Positions 17,143-27,897 of a stretch of 45,879 nt of DNA are shown here, in pieces. Numbering within the stretch: position 1 is the stretch's first letter; every line of letters starts with the position of its first letter. The translations under genes and the position numbers were made by a program. The stretch is from UHGV virus genome UHGV-0132371. One strand, given 5' to 3'. Origin of the DNA: a virus. The notes below the pieces were generated by a model that saw only the letters and a list, made by a program, of their open reading frames with translations, ran no database searches and was not told where the DNA came from.

Positions 17143-17445
17143 ATGAAAATGAATGATTCAGGGAACATTTTCACGCAGTTCTTCGCGTGGGTAGCAGCTC
17201 TGGCGTCAGCCATTGGTTTTACCACTCAGGATATGGTGTTCATGTTCTTTGGCGCCGCTGGTCTGCTTATCTCGTTTGCCTCCTATGTCAATGGTCGCGT
17301 GGATGCCCACCGCAGGCGTAGAGAGGACGAAAAGCGAACAAAAATGGTTAATGACTACCTGAAAGGCGTTGGTGATAAACCCCTTCACGAACGTCCTGCG
17401 GCTGCAAGCGTGGTCGTTGAGGCATTACAAAAGGAAGGTGAGTGA
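17143..17445 (+). CDS. Holin (two-TMD, pinholin-like)
   Basis: 100 aa, two hydrophobic helices and a charged C-terminus; immediately upstream of a SAR endolysin; GAGGTGAGAG RBS. Confidence 0.6.
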   Translation: MKMNDSGNIFTQFFAWVAALASAIGFTTQDMVFMFFGAAGLLISFASYVNGRVDAHRRRREDEKRTKMVNDYLKGVGDKPLHERPAAASVVVEALQKEGE

Positions 17446-17981
17446 TGGGATCCAGAGCAAAATTAAGCGCTGCTGTTCTGGGGCTGGTACTTGCTGGTGC
17501 GCCAGCATCCGTCATTCTCGATCAGTTTCTGAATGAGAAAGAGGGAAACAGCCTTACAGCGTACAAAGATGGCAGCGGCATCTGGACGATTTGCCGGGGA
17601 GCTACCACGGTTGACGGCAAGCCTGTTAACCCAGGTATGAGGCTATCGCCAGAGAAATGTAATCAGGTGAACGCCAGCGAGCTGAACAAGGCGCTGGCTT
17701 GGGTCGACCGCAATATCCAGGTACCACTGACCGAACCTCAGAAAGCGGGGATTGCCTCATTCTGCCCGTACAACATTGGTCCTGGTAAATGCTTTCCTTC
17801 GACCTTTTATAAACGCATCAACGCCGGTGATCGTAAAGGGGCGTGTGAAGCAATCCGCTGGTGGATCAAAGATGGTGGCCGTGATTGTCGATTAACCAAA
17901 GGCCAGAAGAACGGCTGCTATGGTCAGGTCGAGCGACGGGACCAGGAAAGCGCGCTGGTGTGCTGGGGGATAGAACAGTGA
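17445..17981 (+). CDS. SAR endolysin (T4-lysozyme-like muramidase with N-terminal signal-anchor-release domain)
   Basis: N-terminal hydrophobic LSAAVLGLVLAGAPASVIL followed by the E-x8-D-x5-T catalytic triad. Confidence 0.8.
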   Translation: MGSRAKLSAAVLGLVLAGAPASVILDQFLNEKEGNSLTAYKDGSGIWTICRGATTVDGKPVNPGMRLSPEKCNQVNASELNKALAWVDRNIQVPLTEPQKAGIASFCPYNIGPGKCFPSTFYKRINAGDRKGACEAIRWWIKDGGRDCRLTKGQKNGCYGQVERRDQESALVCWGIEQ

Positions 17982-18493
17982 AATTTAATCTCTTCGCGGT
18001 CCTGGTTGTAGTCATTGCAGGTCTGTCAGTCGCCCTCGTCAAAAGTTGCTCAAACGCCAGTAGCCTACAGAGCGATAACGACGTTCTGCGAAGTGACAAC
18101 TCTATGCAGGGGCAGGTGATCGCCACCCAGGCATTCAACTTCAATCGATTCAATCAGGTTGCAGAACATGCCAACAGGCTTAACTCCCTGATCGACACCA
18201 GCACCGAAGAAACCGTAATCGAATACCGGGAGATTCTCCGCCGTGAAAAAACCTGTGATCTGCCTGTTCCTGCTGACATTGCTGGTGGGCTGCTCGAATA
18301 CGCGTACCGTTTACGTTCCAGCGCAATGCACGCCGATACCGACGGAATTAACGCAGCCGATGATAGTACCGCTGCCGCCGGCTCAATAACGTACTGCCAG
18401 GCTGTGCTCTGGATTAAGCCGCTGCTGGCCGTGATTGAAAAGGGCAATAACAATTTCGCTGGAATTCGTCAAATAGAGAGCGAGCGTCAATAG
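17978..18493 (+). CDS. Rz-like inner-membrane spanin
   Basis: GTG start overlapping the endolysin stop; N-terminal TMD then coiled coil; contains an embedded lipoprotein ORF. Confidence 0.6.
   Translation: MKFNLFAVLVVVIAGLSVALVKSCSNASSLQSDNDVLRSDNSMQGQVIATQAFNFNRFNQVAEHANRLNSLIDTSTEETVIEYREILRREKTCDLPVPADIAGGLLEYAYRLRSSAMHADTDGINAADDSTAAAGSITYCQAVLWIKPLLAVIEKGNNNFAGIRQIESERQ
18243..18389 (+). CDS. Rz1-like outer-membrane spanin lipoprotein, embedded in Rz in the +1 frame
   Basis: 48 aa with lipobox LLVGC and proline-rich C-terminus PLPPAQ; GTG start; not in the ORF track. Confidence 0.55.
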   Translation: MKKPVICLFLLTLLVGCSNTRTVYVPAQCTPIPTELTQPMIVPLPPAQ

Positions 18494-18494
18494 T

Positions 18495-18545
18495 CTTTAT
18501 CCCTAGCAAGGGATAAAGCAACCATTATCCCCGCTAAGGGATAGG
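18495..18545. repeat. Two tandem palindromes (TATCCC...GGGATA class)
   Basis: CTTTATCCCT-AGCA-AGGGATAAAG (perfect 10 bp arms) then TTATCCCCGCTAAGGGATA, right after the Rz stop. Confidence 0.5.
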
Positions 18546-18600
18546 CGTTACAGCAGACACTCACCTAATGCCTGTTGCCATTCAGCCAAGGAGCCAGCCT

Positions 18601-18846
18601 ATGAAAAAAGTTAAAGTTACAATTGCTCACCTTGAAGAGCACTACGAGGGTATTGTTCGAGCCGCAAACGTCACATTCCAGGTTATTCAGAATGAAAGTG
18701 TGATAGTGAAGGATTCTTTATCCGGTAAAGCTTCCCATCCCTTCACTAAAATTTACGCTGTCGATGTTGATGAATCAGCTGTACATGTGATGCATGATCG
18801 GCCTGATTTGAGCTGGTTAACAATTACAGCAGAGCTTGTTGAATAG
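18601..18846 (+). CDS. Hypothetical protein (81 aa)
   Basis: AAGGAG RBS before the ATG (track ORF starts at 18568). Confidence 0.45.
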   Translation: MKKVKVTIAHLEEHYEGIVRAANVTFQVIQNESVIVKDSLSGKASHPFTKIYAVDVDESAVHVMHDRPDLSWLTITAELVE

Positions 18847-18905
18847 TATTTATTTTGCAGCTTCAATTGCTTAGCATTATCTCCGGGTACCCAAAGGAGA
18901 TAAAT

Positions 18906-19127
18906 ATGTTTGTTGCAGAAGGCTTGAAGCCTGACCTTGATAATATAGGTTGGGTTATGGGGTGGGGGGTTGTAAGGAATGCCCCGTGGCATTTAGTCGG
19001 TGTTTACGCCACCAAAGATGTGGCCGAAACTAAGGCAGCCTCACTAGGTGAGGGCTATGAAGCCCATTATGGCTCACATCGGTTAGGCTCTGACGACTTC
19101 ATCCACCACAACTTCACGCGCAGTTAA
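18906..19127 (+). CDS. Hypothetical protein (73 aa)
   Basis: AAAGGAGA RBS before the ATG (track ORF starts at 18855). Confidence 0.45.
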   Translation: MFVAEGLKPDLDNIGWVMGWGVVRNAPWHLVGVYATKDVAETKAASLGEGYEAHYGSHRLGSDDFIHHNFTRS

Positions 19128-19150
19128 CAAAAGAAGTTGTTCGATATTTA

Positions 19151-19174
19151 GCCTCGCTTATGCGGGGCTTTTTT
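19151..19174 (+). terminator. Rho-independent terminator
   Basis: GCCTCGC-TTAT-GCGGGGC hairpin followed by TTTTTT. Confidence 0.5.
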
Positions 19175-19287
19175 ATGCGCATCGCACGCGCACACCGTAG
19201 AAAGTCTTTCAGTTGTGAGCCTGGGCAAACCGTTAACTTTCGGCGGCTTTGCCGTGCGACAGGCTCACGCCTAAAAGGAAATAAATC

Positions 19288-19755
19288 ATGGGTCATAAAA
19301 TTATCACGTTGTCCGGCGCGGCGACGGATGTTCTGTATGCGCTGTTTTTCCGTGGCGCGCTTCAGTCTGGTGATCTGCCAGCCAAATCTGGTGCTGCTGA
19401 GCTTCTAGAGCTGGGATTCGCTGAAACACGCCATACCGCGACGGAGTATCAAAAGGAAAATTATTACACCTTCCTGACCGCTGAAGGGCAGGAGTTCGCC
19501 ATTAAGCACCTGGTGAATACGCGCTTTGGTGTTCCTGCTGGTGGTTATATTGGTGGCTCTGTAAATATTCAGTTTGGCCGGATAGAGAACGACCCACGAA
19601 AAGGCTATGCCATCAATGTTGGCATCTGTCCCGAAATTAAGACCGGCGTGAAGCTATCCCCTGAAATGGTAAAAGCGATCTCAGATGTTGTGTCCGAGGA
19701 ACTGAAGAAGAGTCTTCGGCCAGGTGGCACGATATGGTCAGCGCTGTCGCGATGA
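19288..19755 (+). CDS. Hypothetical protein (155 aa) immediately upstream of cos
   Basis: AAAAGGAAAT RBS; function unknown. Confidence 0.5.
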   Translation: MGHKIITLSGAATDVLYALFFRGALQSGDLPAKSGAAELLELGFAETRHTATEYQKENYYTFLTAEGQEFAIKHLVNTRFGVPAGGYIGGSVNIQFGRIENDPRKGYAINVGICPEIKTGVKLSPEMVKAISDVVSEELKKSLRPGGTIWSALSR

Positions 19756-19839
19756 ATGGACGTTTAGACGTCCAAATGGGTGCGAATCAAGTCGCATTCC
19801 CGCAAATGATAATCATTATCATTTGCGGGTCCTTTCCGG

Positions 19840-20040
19840 CGATCCGCCTTGTTACGGGGCGGCGTCCGCGCAGATTCTCGCTATTTATGAAAATTTTCAG
19901 GCATTTGCCGTTTCCGTTCTTCTTCTCGCTAATTCATTGTTTTAACTGTAAACACCCCTGAAAAGAAAGGAAATGATAAGCCTTAAAAACGGCTAAATAG
20001 CCAGAGGGCGTTTCCTTTCTCTGTTTTTGTGTATGGAGTG
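19840..20040. other. cos region (cosQ-cosN-cosB) of a lambda-type packaging system
   Basis: TTACGGGGCGGCGTCCGCG...CTATTTATGAAAATTTTC closely parallels the lambda cos junction (lambda cosN is GGGCGGCGACCT) and lies just upstream of Nu1. Confidence 0.65.
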
Positions 20041-20044
20041 AGCT

Positions 20045-20590
20045 ATGGAGGTCAACAAAAAGCGTCTTTCTGAAATATTTGGGGTCAGCGTGCGAACCAT
20101 TCAGAACTGGCAGGATCAGGGAATGCCTGTAGCACGTGGCGGTGGAAAAGGTAATGAGGTCCTCTATGAATCTTCCGCGGCTATCGAATGGTATTCCGCA
20201 CGCGACGCGGCGATTGAGAATGAGAAATTACGGAAGGAGGTGGAAGACCTTCGTCTTGCATCGGAATCCGACCTTCAGCCTGGTACGATTGACTATGAGC
20301 GTCACCGCCTCACCCGAGCGCAGGCAGATGCCCAGGAACTAAAAAATGCAAAAGATTCCGCTGAGGTGGTGGAAACCGCATTCTGCACGTTCGTGCTGTC
20401 GCGGATGGCCGGAGAAGTAGCCAGCATTCTTGATGGAGTTCCTCTGTCGGTTCAGCGGCGCTTCCCGGAGCTGGAAAACCGACATATTGATTTCCTCAAG
20501 AAGGACATCATTAAAGCCATGAACAAAGCAGCTGCGCTGGATGAAATAATACCGGGGTTGCTGAGTGAATATATCGAACAGTCAGGTTAA
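20045..20590 (+). CDS. nu1: Terminase small subunit Nu1
   Basis: Near-identical to lambda Nu1 over its whole length (MEVNKK...IQNWQ.QGMPV.RGGGKGNEVLY...LSEYIEQSG). Confidence 0.9.
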   Translation: MEVNKKRLSEIFGVSVRTIQNWQDQGMPVARGGGKGNEVLYESSAAIEWYSARDAAIENEKLRKEVEDLRLASESDLQPGTIDYERHRLTRAQADAQELKNAKDSAEVVETAFCTFVLSRMAGEVASILDGVPLSVQRRFPELENRHIDFLKKDIIKAMNKAAALDEIIPGLLSEYIEQSG

Positions 20591-22487
20591 GGGGCTGCAG
20601 CACTCTGCGCGCGCGGGTCTACTTTCGCTGTACCGACCTGAGCCGCAAACGGCGGTTGAATGGGCAGACGATAATTACTATCTCCCCAAAGAGTCGGCCT
20701 ACCAGGAAGGGCGCTGGGAAACGTTGCCGTTTCAACGCGCGATCATGAATGCGATGGGTAACGATTACATACGTGAGGTCAACGTTGTTAAGTCTGCCCG
20801 TGTTGGCTATTCAAAAATGTTGCTGGGTGTTTATGCGTATTTTATTCAGCACAAGCAGCGAAATTCCCTTATCTGGCTGCCTACTGATGGTGACGCCGAA
20901 AACTTTATGAAGTCGCATGTTGAGCCGACGATTCGCGATATTCCGTCACTTCTGGCGCTGGCCCCCTGGTATGGAAAAAAGCACCGGGACAATACGCTCA
21001 GTATGAAACGCTTCTCCAACGGTCGCGGGTTCTGGTGTCTGGGTGGTAAAGCGGCGAAAAACTATCGTGAGAAATCGGTCGATGTCGCCGGTTACGATGA
21101 ACTGGCGGCATTCGATGAAGATATTGAGAAAGAGGGATCCCCGACGTTCCTGGGTGATAAACGTATTGAGGGGTCTGTCTGGCCCAAATCTATTCGCGGC
21201 TCAACGCCAAAAACAAAGGGGACCTGCCAGATTGAGCGTGCTGCCAGCGAGTCCGGGCATTTCATGCGTTTTCATGTTGCCTGTCCGCACTGTGGTGAAG
21301 AGCAGTACCTTAAATTCGGCGACAAAGAGACCCCGTTCGGGCTGAAATGGACACCGGGCGAACCCTCCAGCGTCTTTTACCTGTGTGAACATAATGCCTG
21401 CGTCATTAAGCAGCAGGAGCTGGATTTCACTGAAGCTCGTTACATCTGCGACACCACCGGGATCTGGACACGCGACGGTTTATCCTGGTTTTCATCAACA
21501 GGCACCGAAATCGACCCGCCAGACAGCGTGACGTTTCACATCTGGACGGCATACAGCCCGTTTACCACCTGGGTTCAGATCGTTAAAGACTGGCTAAAAA
21601 CGAAAGGGGATACAGGAAAGCGTAAAACCTTCGTGAACACCACTCTGGGCGAAACATGGGAGCCTAAAATTGGTGAACGGCCTGACGCGGAGCTCATGGC
21701 CGAACGCAAAGAGTTCTTCGGGGCATCCGTACCGGAGCGTGTTGCTTATCTGACAGCCGGGATCGACTCCCAACTGGATCGATATGAAATGCGCGTCTGG
21801 GGATGGGGGCCCGGTGAGGAAAGCTGGCTGATTGACCGGCAGATCATTATGGGCCGTCATGATGATGAAGCGACCCTCGTCAGGGTGGACGAGGCGATTA
21901 ACAAAACCTATCTCCGAAAGAATGGCGTGGAAATGTCGGTATCCCGTATCTGCTGGGATATCGGCGGTATTGACCCCACCATTGTCTACAATCGCTCAAA
22001 AAAGCATGGTTTGTTTCGCGTGATCCCGATTAAAGGGGCTTCCGTTTACGGTAAGCCTGTCGCGAATATGCCGCGTAAACGCAACAAGAACGGCGTTTAT
22101 CTGACGGAAGTGGGGACTGATACCGCAAAGGAGCAGATTTATAACCGCTTCACACTTCAGCCGGAAGGGAGTGAACCTCTTGCCGGTGCCGTGCATTTTC
22201 CCAATAACCCCGAAATTTATGATCTGGCTGAGGCGCAGCAGCTTACTGCTGAGGAGCAGGTTGAAAAATGGGTGGACGGGCGTAAGAAAATCGTCTGGGA
22301 CAGCAAAAAGCGACGAAATGAGGCGCTGGACTGCTTCGTGTACGCGCTGGCTGCCCTGCGGATCAGTATTTCGCGATGGCAACTGAATCTTGATTCACTG
22401 CTCGCGAGCCTACTGGAGGAAGAGGGGAACCGGACCAATAACAAAACCCTGGCTGATTATGCCAGGGCATTATCTGGAGATGAATAA
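20565..22487 (+). CDS. A: Terminase large subunit gpA
   Basis: 640 aa, high similarity to lambda A throughout. Confidence 0.9.
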   Translation: MNISNSQVKGLQHSARAGLLSLYRPEPQTAVEWADDNYYLPKESAYQEGRWETLPFQRAIMNAMGNDYIREVNVVKSARVGYSKMLLGVYAYFIQHKQRNSLIWLPTDGDAENFMKSHVEPTIRDIPSLLALAPWYGKKHRDNTLSMKRFSNGRGFWCLGGKAAKNYREKSVDVAGYDELAAFDEDIEKEGSPTFLGDKRIEGSVWPKSIRGSTPKTKGTCQIERAASESGHFMRFHVACPHCGEEQYLKFGDKETPFGLKWTPGEPSSVFYLCEHNACVIKQQELDFTEARYICDTTGIWTRDGLSWFSSTGTEIDPPDSVTFHIWTAYSPFTTWVQIVKDWLKTKGDTGKRKTFVNTTLGETWEPKIGERPDAELMAERKEFFGASVPERVAYLTAGIDSQLDRYEMRVWGWGPGEESWLIDRQIIMGRHDDEATLVRVDEAINKTYLRKNGVEMSVSRICWDIGGIDPTIVYNRSKKHGLFRVIPIKGASVYGKPVANMPRKRNKNGVYLTEVGTDTAKEQIYNRFTLQPEGSEPLAGAVHFPNNPEIYDLAEAQQLTAEEQVEKWVDGRKKIVWDSKKRRNEALDCFVYALAALRISISRWQLNLDSLLASLLEEEGNRTNNKTLADYARALSGDE

Positions 22488-22693
22488 TGGCGACACAGAC
22501 TGATCTGGATGCCGCCCGCGCTGCGTTGCACGATCTCATGATGGGAAAGCGGGTGGCAACGGTGCAAAAAGACGGCCGGCGGGTTGAGTTTACCGCGACC
22601 TCCGTCAGTGACCTGAAAAAATACATTGCCGAACTTGAGTCACAGGTTGGCACCACTCCACGACGCCGGGGACCGGCAGGATTTTACGCATGA
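22487..22693 (+). CDS. W: Head-tail joining protein gpW
   Basis: 68 aa, close to lambda W ([42 protein letters not shown]). Confidence 0.85.
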   Translation: MATQTDLDAARAALHDLMMGKRVATVQKDGRRVEFTATSVSDLKKYIAELESQVGTTPRRRGPAGFYA

Positions 22694-24282
22694 AAACACC
22701 TGCTTTGTTAGGACCGGACGGTAAAACCGCTCTGCGGGATTATGCCGGATACCATGGCGGTGCTGGTGGCTTTGGCGGTCAGCTCCGCGCCTGGAATCCA
22801 CCGAGTGAAAGCGCAGATGCTGCGTTATTGCCTAATTTTTCCCGTGGTAACGCGCGCGCTGACGATCTGGTCCGCAATAACGGCTATGCGGCAAACGCGG
22901 TACAGCTCCATCAGGACCACATTGTAGGGTCGTTTTTCCGGCTCAGTTATCGGCCCAGCTGGCGTTTTCTTGGCATTGGAGAGGAAGAGGCCCGGGCGTT
23001 CTCCCGTGAAGTTGAGGCGGCCTGGAAAGAATTTGCGGAGGATGATTGCTGCTGCATTGATGCGGAACGTAAGCGTACATTCACCATGATGATCCGTGAA
23101 GGTGTATCCATGCATGCGTTTAACGGTGAGTTATGTGCACAGGCCACCTGGGACAGTGATTCCACGCGTCTTTTCCGCACACAGTTCAAAATGGTGAGCC
23201 CGAAACGCATCAGCAACCCCAATAACGCCGGAGACACGCGAAACTGTCGGGCGGGGGTCAGAACAAATGACAGTGGCGCCGCGCTGGGATATTACGTCAG
23301 CGAAGATGGCTATCCGGGGTGGATGGCGCAGAAGTGGACCTACATCCCGCGTGAGCTGCCAGGCGGGCGGCCTTCCTTTATCCACGTATTTGAACCCCTG
23401 GAAGATGGGCAGACACGCGGTGCTAACGTGTTTTACAGCGTCATGGAGCAAATGAAAATGCTCGATACACTGCAGAATACGCAGCTCCAGAGCGCGATTG
23501 TCAAGGCGATGTATGCCGCCACGATTGAAAGTGAGCTGGATACGCAAACCGCGATGGACTTTATTCTCGGCTCAGACAGTAAAGAGCAGCAAAGCAAGAT
23601 GACCGGCTGGCTGGGGGAGATGGCCTCGTACTATACCGCTGCGCCGGTTCGTCTCGGCGGCGCGAAGGTGCCGCATCTGATGCCGGGCGACTCCCTGAAT
23701 CTTCAGTCAGCGCAGGATACTGATAACGGCTATTCGACGTTTGAACAATCTCTGCTGCGCTACATTGCCGCAGGGCTGGGTGTGTCGTATGAGCAACTCT
23801 CTCGCAACTATTCGCAGATGAGTTATTCCACCGCCCGCGCCAGTGCTAACGAGTCCTGGGCGTACTTTATGGGGCGCCGCAAATTTGTTGCCTCCCGCCA
23901 GGCCTGTCAGATGTTTTTATGCTGGCTGGAAGAGGCCATTGTTCGCCGGGTGGTGACACTACCGTCTAAAGCCCGATTCAGTTTTCAGGAGGCGAGAAGC
24001 GCCTGGGGAAATGCAGACTGGATCGGCTCCGGGAGAATGGCCATTGACGGTCTGAAGGAGGTGCAGGAGGCTGTCATGCTCATTGAGGCTGGGCTGAGCA
24101 CCTATGAGAAGGAATGCGCCAAACGGGGGGAAGATTATCAGGAAATCTTTGCCCAGCAGGTTCGCGAAACGATGGAGCGTCGCGCAGCGGGACTTAAACC
24201 GCCAGCGTGGGCGGCTTCGGCCTTTGAGTCTGGAGTGAAAAAATCGAATGAGGAGGGGACCGATGACGCCAGAGCTGCGTAA
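22690..24282 (+). CDS. B: Portal protein gpB
   Basis: 530 aa, high similarity to lambda B. Confidence 0.9.
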   Translation: MKTPALLGPDGKTALRDYAGYHGGAGGFGGQLRAWNPPSESADAALLPNFSRGNARADDLVRNNGYAANAVQLHQDHIVGSFFRLSYRPSWRFLGIGEEEARAFSREVEAAWKEFAEDDCCCIDAERKRTFTMMIREGVSMHAFNGELCAQATWDSDSTRLFRTQFKMVSPKRISNPNNAGDTRNCRAGVRTNDSGAALGYYVSEDGYPGWMAQKWTYIPRELPGGRPSFIHVFEPLEDGQTRGANVFYSVMEQMKMLDTLQNTQLQSAIVKAMYAATIESELDTQTAMDFILGSDSKEQQSKMTGWLGEMASYYTAAPVRLGGAKVPHLMPGDSLNLQSAQDTDNGYSTFEQSLLRYIAAGLGVSYEQLSRNYSQMSYSTARASANESWAYFMGRRKFVASRQACQMFLCWLEEAIVRRVVTLPSKARFSFQEARSAWGNADWIGSGRMAIDGLKEVQEAVMLIEAGLSTYEKECAKRGEDYQEIFAQQVRETMERRAAGLKPPAWAASAFESGVKKSNEEGTDDARAA

Positions 24283-25600
24283 TCTCCCGCACATTGCCAG
24301 TATGGCCTTCAATGAGCCGCTTTTACTTGAACCCGCCTATGCGCGGGTTTTCTTTTGTGCTCTCGCTGGTCAGTTAGGTATCACCCGTCTGACCGACACC
24401 GTGTCGGGCGTGACGCTAGGTGCAGAGCAGATGGCTGAACCGCTGGCTCTCTTTGGTGATGATGAGGACATGGGCCCAAAACCAGCGCGAAGCTACCAGG
24501 TTACTGATGGTATCGCGGTGCTGCCTGTTTCCGGGACGCTGGTCAGTAAAACCCGCTCACTCCAGCCGTATTCGGGGATGACGGGGTACAACGGCATCAT
24601 CGCCCGCCTCCAGCAGGCAATCAGCGATCCGGGTGTAGACGGCATTCTTCTGGATATGGATACGCCAGGTGGAATGGTGGCGGGTGCCTTTGACTGTGCG
24701 GACATCATCGCCCGCATGCGGGATATCAAACCCATCTGGGCGTTAGCCAACGATATGAACTGCAGCGCTGGCCAGCTGATTGCCAGTGCGGCATCACGTC
24801 GGCTTGTGACCCAGACGGCCAGAACGGGATCCATCGGGGTCATGATGGCCCACAGCAATTACGGCGCCGCCCTTAAAACCAGCGGCGTTGAGGTCACGCT
24901 GATTTACAGCGGCGATCACAAGGTGGACGGGAACCCCTACGAGAAATTACCCAAAGAGGTACGCGCAGATTTTCAGGCGCGTATCGACGCTACCCGGCAG
25001 ATGTTCGCTGAAAAGGTGGCGGGTTATACCGGCATGTCGGTTCAGGCCGTTCTTGATACTGAAGCAGCTGTGTTTTCAGGCCAGGAATCAGTTGACAACG
25101 GCCTGGCGGAGCAGCTGGTCAACAACATGGATGCGCTGAACGTTATGCGCGATGCAATTAACAAACGAACGATGATTTCCCGAGGAGGAAGCATGAAAGG
25201 TACTACTGCATCCGCAGATACCACTCAACCAGCAGCATCTGCTGACCAGACCGTGACCACCGTTGACGTGCCTGTTGCGGTCGTTACTGACCCTGCAGCG
25301 GGCGCAACTGTTGATATCAGCAGCCAGGTGGCAGCGGCGGTCGCAGCCGAAAACGGTCGCATTATGGGGATCCTGAACTGTGAAGAGGCGAAAGGGCGTG
25401 AATCACAGGCGCGCGCGCTGGCGGAAACGCCCGGGATGACGGTGGAAAGTGCCCAGCGCATCCTTGCCGCGGCTCCTCTGAGTGCTCAGGCGCGTACGGA
25501 TACCGCGCTGGATCGTCTGATGGAAACCGCACCCGGCACCATAACGGCAGGTAGCGCTTCTGCCGAAGCGGGTGACGATTTGTTAAATACGCCTGTTTAA
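24263..25600 (+). CDS. C: Prohead protease/scaffold gpC (S49 family); a Nu3-like scaffold is probably encoded in-frame in its 3' part
   Basis: Close to lambda C; start at the ATG with GAGGAGGGG RBS. Confidence 0.85.
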   Translation: MTPELRNLPHIASMAFNEPLLLEPAYARVFFCALAGQLGITRLTDTVSGVTLGAEQMAEPLALFGDDEDMGPKPARSYQVTDGIAVLPVSGTLVSKTRSLQPYSGMTGYNGIIARLQQAISDPGVDGILLDMDTPGGMVAGAFDCADIIARMRDIKPIWALANDMNCSAGQLIASAASRRLVTQTARTGSIGVMMAHSNYGAALKTSGVEVTLIYSGDHKVDGNPYEKLPKEVRADFQARIDATRQMFAEKVAGYTGMSVQAVLDTEAAVFSGQESVDNGLAEQLVNNMDALNVMRDAINKRTMISRGGSMKGTTASADTTQPAASADQTVTTVDVPVAVVTDPAAGATVDISSQVAAAVAAENGRIMGILNCEEAKGRESQARALAETPGMTVESAQRILAAAPLSAQARTDTALDRLMETAPGTITAGSASAEAGDDLLNTPV

Positions 25601-25609
25601 GAGGTCAAC

Positions 25610-25942
25610 ATGTCTAACACTGAACAATTTACGCACAATCAGCCCCTCGGGAACAGTGATCCGGCGCATACCGGTTTTGCACCTGGTGAACTGACGAAAG
25701 CAGTACCGGCGATGACGCCCCTGATGCTGGATGCCACTTCCGGCAAGCTGACCGTCTGGGATGGTGCTCATGCTGGCGCGGCAATGGGCATCCTGGCTGT
25801 AACCGCAGACCAGAACAGCGCGGAACTGGCATATTACAAATCTGGCTCTTTCCGTATTGAAGATGTCCTCTGGCCATCTGCCGTCACCGACGACAACATT
25901 AAACGTAACGCGTTCGCCGGTACTGCAATCAGCATCGTTTAA
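25610..25942 (+). CDS. D: Head decoration protein gpD
   Basis: 110 aa, similar to lambda D (GNSDPAHT...AMTPLMLD...[10 protein letters not shown]). Confidence 0.85.
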   Translation: MSNTEQFTHNQPLGNSDPAHTGFAPGELTKAVPAMTPLMLDATSGKLTVWDGAHAGAAMGILAVTADQNSAELAYYKSGSFRIEDVLWPSAVTDDNIKRNAFAGTAISIV

Positions 25943-26009
25943 TCCGCATTTCTACAACCATCATCATTCATAAAAGCCGCTTGCGCGGCTTTTTTTACGG
26001 GAAAAATCT

Positions 26010-27035
26010 ATGTCCGTTTACACCACTGCCCAACTGCTGGCGGTCAATGAGAAGAAATTCAAATTCGATCCGCTTTTCCTGCGTATCTTTTTCCGCGAAA
26101 CCTATCCCTTCAGTACAGAGAAGGTTTACCTGTCGCAAATTCCTGGCCTGGTCAATATGGCGCTTTACGTCTCGCCGATTGTCTCCGGCAAAGTGATCCG
26201 CTCCCGTGGCGGCAGCACGTCTGAATTCACGCCGGGTTATGTGAAGCCGAAACACGAAGTTAACCCACTGATGACTCTCCGCCGCCTGCCGGATGAGGAT
26301 CCGCAGAATCTCGCTGACCCGGTCTATCGCCGTCGCCGCATTATCCTTCAGAACATGAAGGATGAAGAGCTGGCGATTGCTCAGGTCGAAGAGAAACAGG
26401 CTGTTTCGGCGGTGCTCAGCGGTAAATACACCATGACCGGGGAAGCGTTCGAGCCTGTTGAAGTCGATATGGGCCGCAGCGCTGGTAACAACATTGTCCA
26501 GGCCGGTGCGGCTGCATGGTCAACCCGCGACAAAGAAACGTATGACCCGACCGATGACATTGAAGCCTACGCGCTCAACGCCAGCGGTGTGGTCAACATC
26601 ATTGTGTTCGATCCGAAAGGCTGGGCGCTGTTCCGTTCCTTCAAGGCTGTTGAGAAGAAGCTGGATACGCGTCGTGGTTCTAACTCTGAGCTGGAAACTG
26701 CCGTGAAAGACCTGGGTATGGCTGTTTCATACAAGGGGATGTTTGGCGATGTGGCCATCGTGGTGTACTCCGGCCAGTACGTCGAAAACGACGTCAAAAA
26801 GAATTATCTGCCGGACCTGACAATGGTGCTGGGGAATACCCAGGCTCGTGGCCTGCGTACCTATGGCTGCATTCTTGATGCTGATGCCCAGCGCGAAGGT
26901 ATCAATGCCTCGACACGCTACCCGAAAAACTGGGTGCAGTCGGGGGATCCGGCGCGCGAATTCACCATGATTCAGTCAGCTCCGCTGATGCTGCTGCCAG
27001 ACCCTGACGCATTCGTCTCCGTCAAACTGGCATAA
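26010..27035 (+). CDS. E: Major capsid protein gpE
   Basis: 341 aa, near-identical to lambda E. Confidence 0.9.
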   Translation: MSVYTTAQLLAVNEKKFKFDPLFLRIFFRETYPFSTEKVYLSQIPGLVNMALYVSPIVSGKVIRSRGGSTSEFTPGYVKPKHEVNPLMTLRRLPDEDPQNLADPVYRRRRIILQNMKDEELAIAQVEEKQAVSAVLSGKYTMTGEAFEPVEVDMGRSAGNNIVQAGAAAWSTRDKETYDPTDDIEAYALNASGVVNIIVFDPKGWALFRSFKAVEKKLDTRRGSNSELETAVKDLGMAVSYKGMFGDVAIVVYSGQYVENDVKKNYLPDLTMVLGNTQARGLRTYGCILDADAQREGINASTRYPKNWVQSGDPAREFTMIQSAPLMLLPDPDAFVSVKLA

Positions 27036-27080
27036 CTTCCCCCAGTGGCCCTGTCGGGCCACCTTTCTGGAGTATTTCCC

Positions 27081-27524
27081 ATGACAGAAAAAGAAAAGCT
27101 GGTCGCCCGCCTGAATGAACTTGGGACCCAGCTTAACCGCGAGGTCAGTACCAGCGGCACCATTCAGGAACTGACGATGCGTATTGCTGAGCTTGAAGAG
27201 GAACTGGATGGCAATGCCGGGTCAGTTGACGGTGAAAACGGCGTGCAGAATGCTTCCGACAGCACCGACAGCACCGACAGCACCGACAGCACCGACAGCA
27301 CCGACAGCACCGACAACAATGTTGCTAACGTGGCAAAAGTAAAAACGGAATCGGCCACAACGGGTGACCTGGTATCAGTAGAAACGCTGGCCACCCTGCA
27401 TATTGACGCTCTGCATGCCACGCGTAACGAGCCGGTATCTATCGTAGAGCCTGGTGTGATTATCCGCGTATCTGAACAGGATGCCGACGACTTGATCGCA
27501 AAGGGGCTGGCTTTCGAAGTCTGA
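27081..27524 (+). CDS. FI: DNA-packaging protein FI-like, carrying an internal (DST)n repeat
   Basis: Resembles lambda FI (ARL.ELG.QLNR...LHIDALHATR.EPV); start at the ATG with GGAG upstream. Confidence 0.7.
   Translation: MTEKEKLVARLNELGTQLNREVSTSGTIQELTMRIAELEEELDGNAGSVDGENGVQNASDSTDSTDSTDSTDSTDSTDNNVANVAKVKTESATTGDLVSVETLATLHIDALHATRNEPVSIVEPGVIIRVSEQDADDLIAKGLAFEV
27258..27311. repeat. Six perfect tandem copies of the 9-bp unit GACAGCACC inside FI
   Basis: Read directly from the sequence; encodes (DST)6. Confidence 0.9.
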
Positions 27525-27534
27525 AGGGGGCCAC

Positions 27535-27888
27535 ATGGCTGATTTCGATAATCTCTTTGACGAGGCCATGTCGCGAGCTGATAGCGCTATCCGTGGTGTG
27601 ATGGGCACAGAGGCAAAGGTGATGTCAGGCGCTTTGTCAGGTGCCACCCTGGTCGGTGTATTCGATGATCCAGAAAATATCGGATATGCCGGTGCCGGGA
27701 TTCGTGTTGAAGGAACCAGCCCGACCCTGTTTGTGGAAACCGCCACTGTCAGGCAGCTGCAGCGTATGGACACGCTGACGATTAACGGTCGGCAATTCTG
27801 GGTTGAACGTATTGGTCCGGATGACTGTGGCTCCTGTCATATCTGTCTGGGTAACGGCTCTCCACCTGCATCTTCGCGTCGCCGTTAA
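27535..27888 (+). CDS. FII: Head completion protein FII
   Basis: 117 aa, close to lambda FII. Confidence 0.85.
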   Translation: MADFDNLFDEAMSRADSAIRGVMGTEAKVMSGALSGATLVGVFDDPENIGYAGAGIRVEGTSPTLFVETATVRQLQRMDTLTINGRQFWVERIGPDDCGSCHICLGNGSPPASSRRR

Positions 27889-27897
27889 GGAGCGCAT

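Noticed and set aside
27164-27421. Minus-strand ORF with LSVLSVLSV repeats
   Set aside because: It is the antisense translation of the (DST)6 repeat inside FI.
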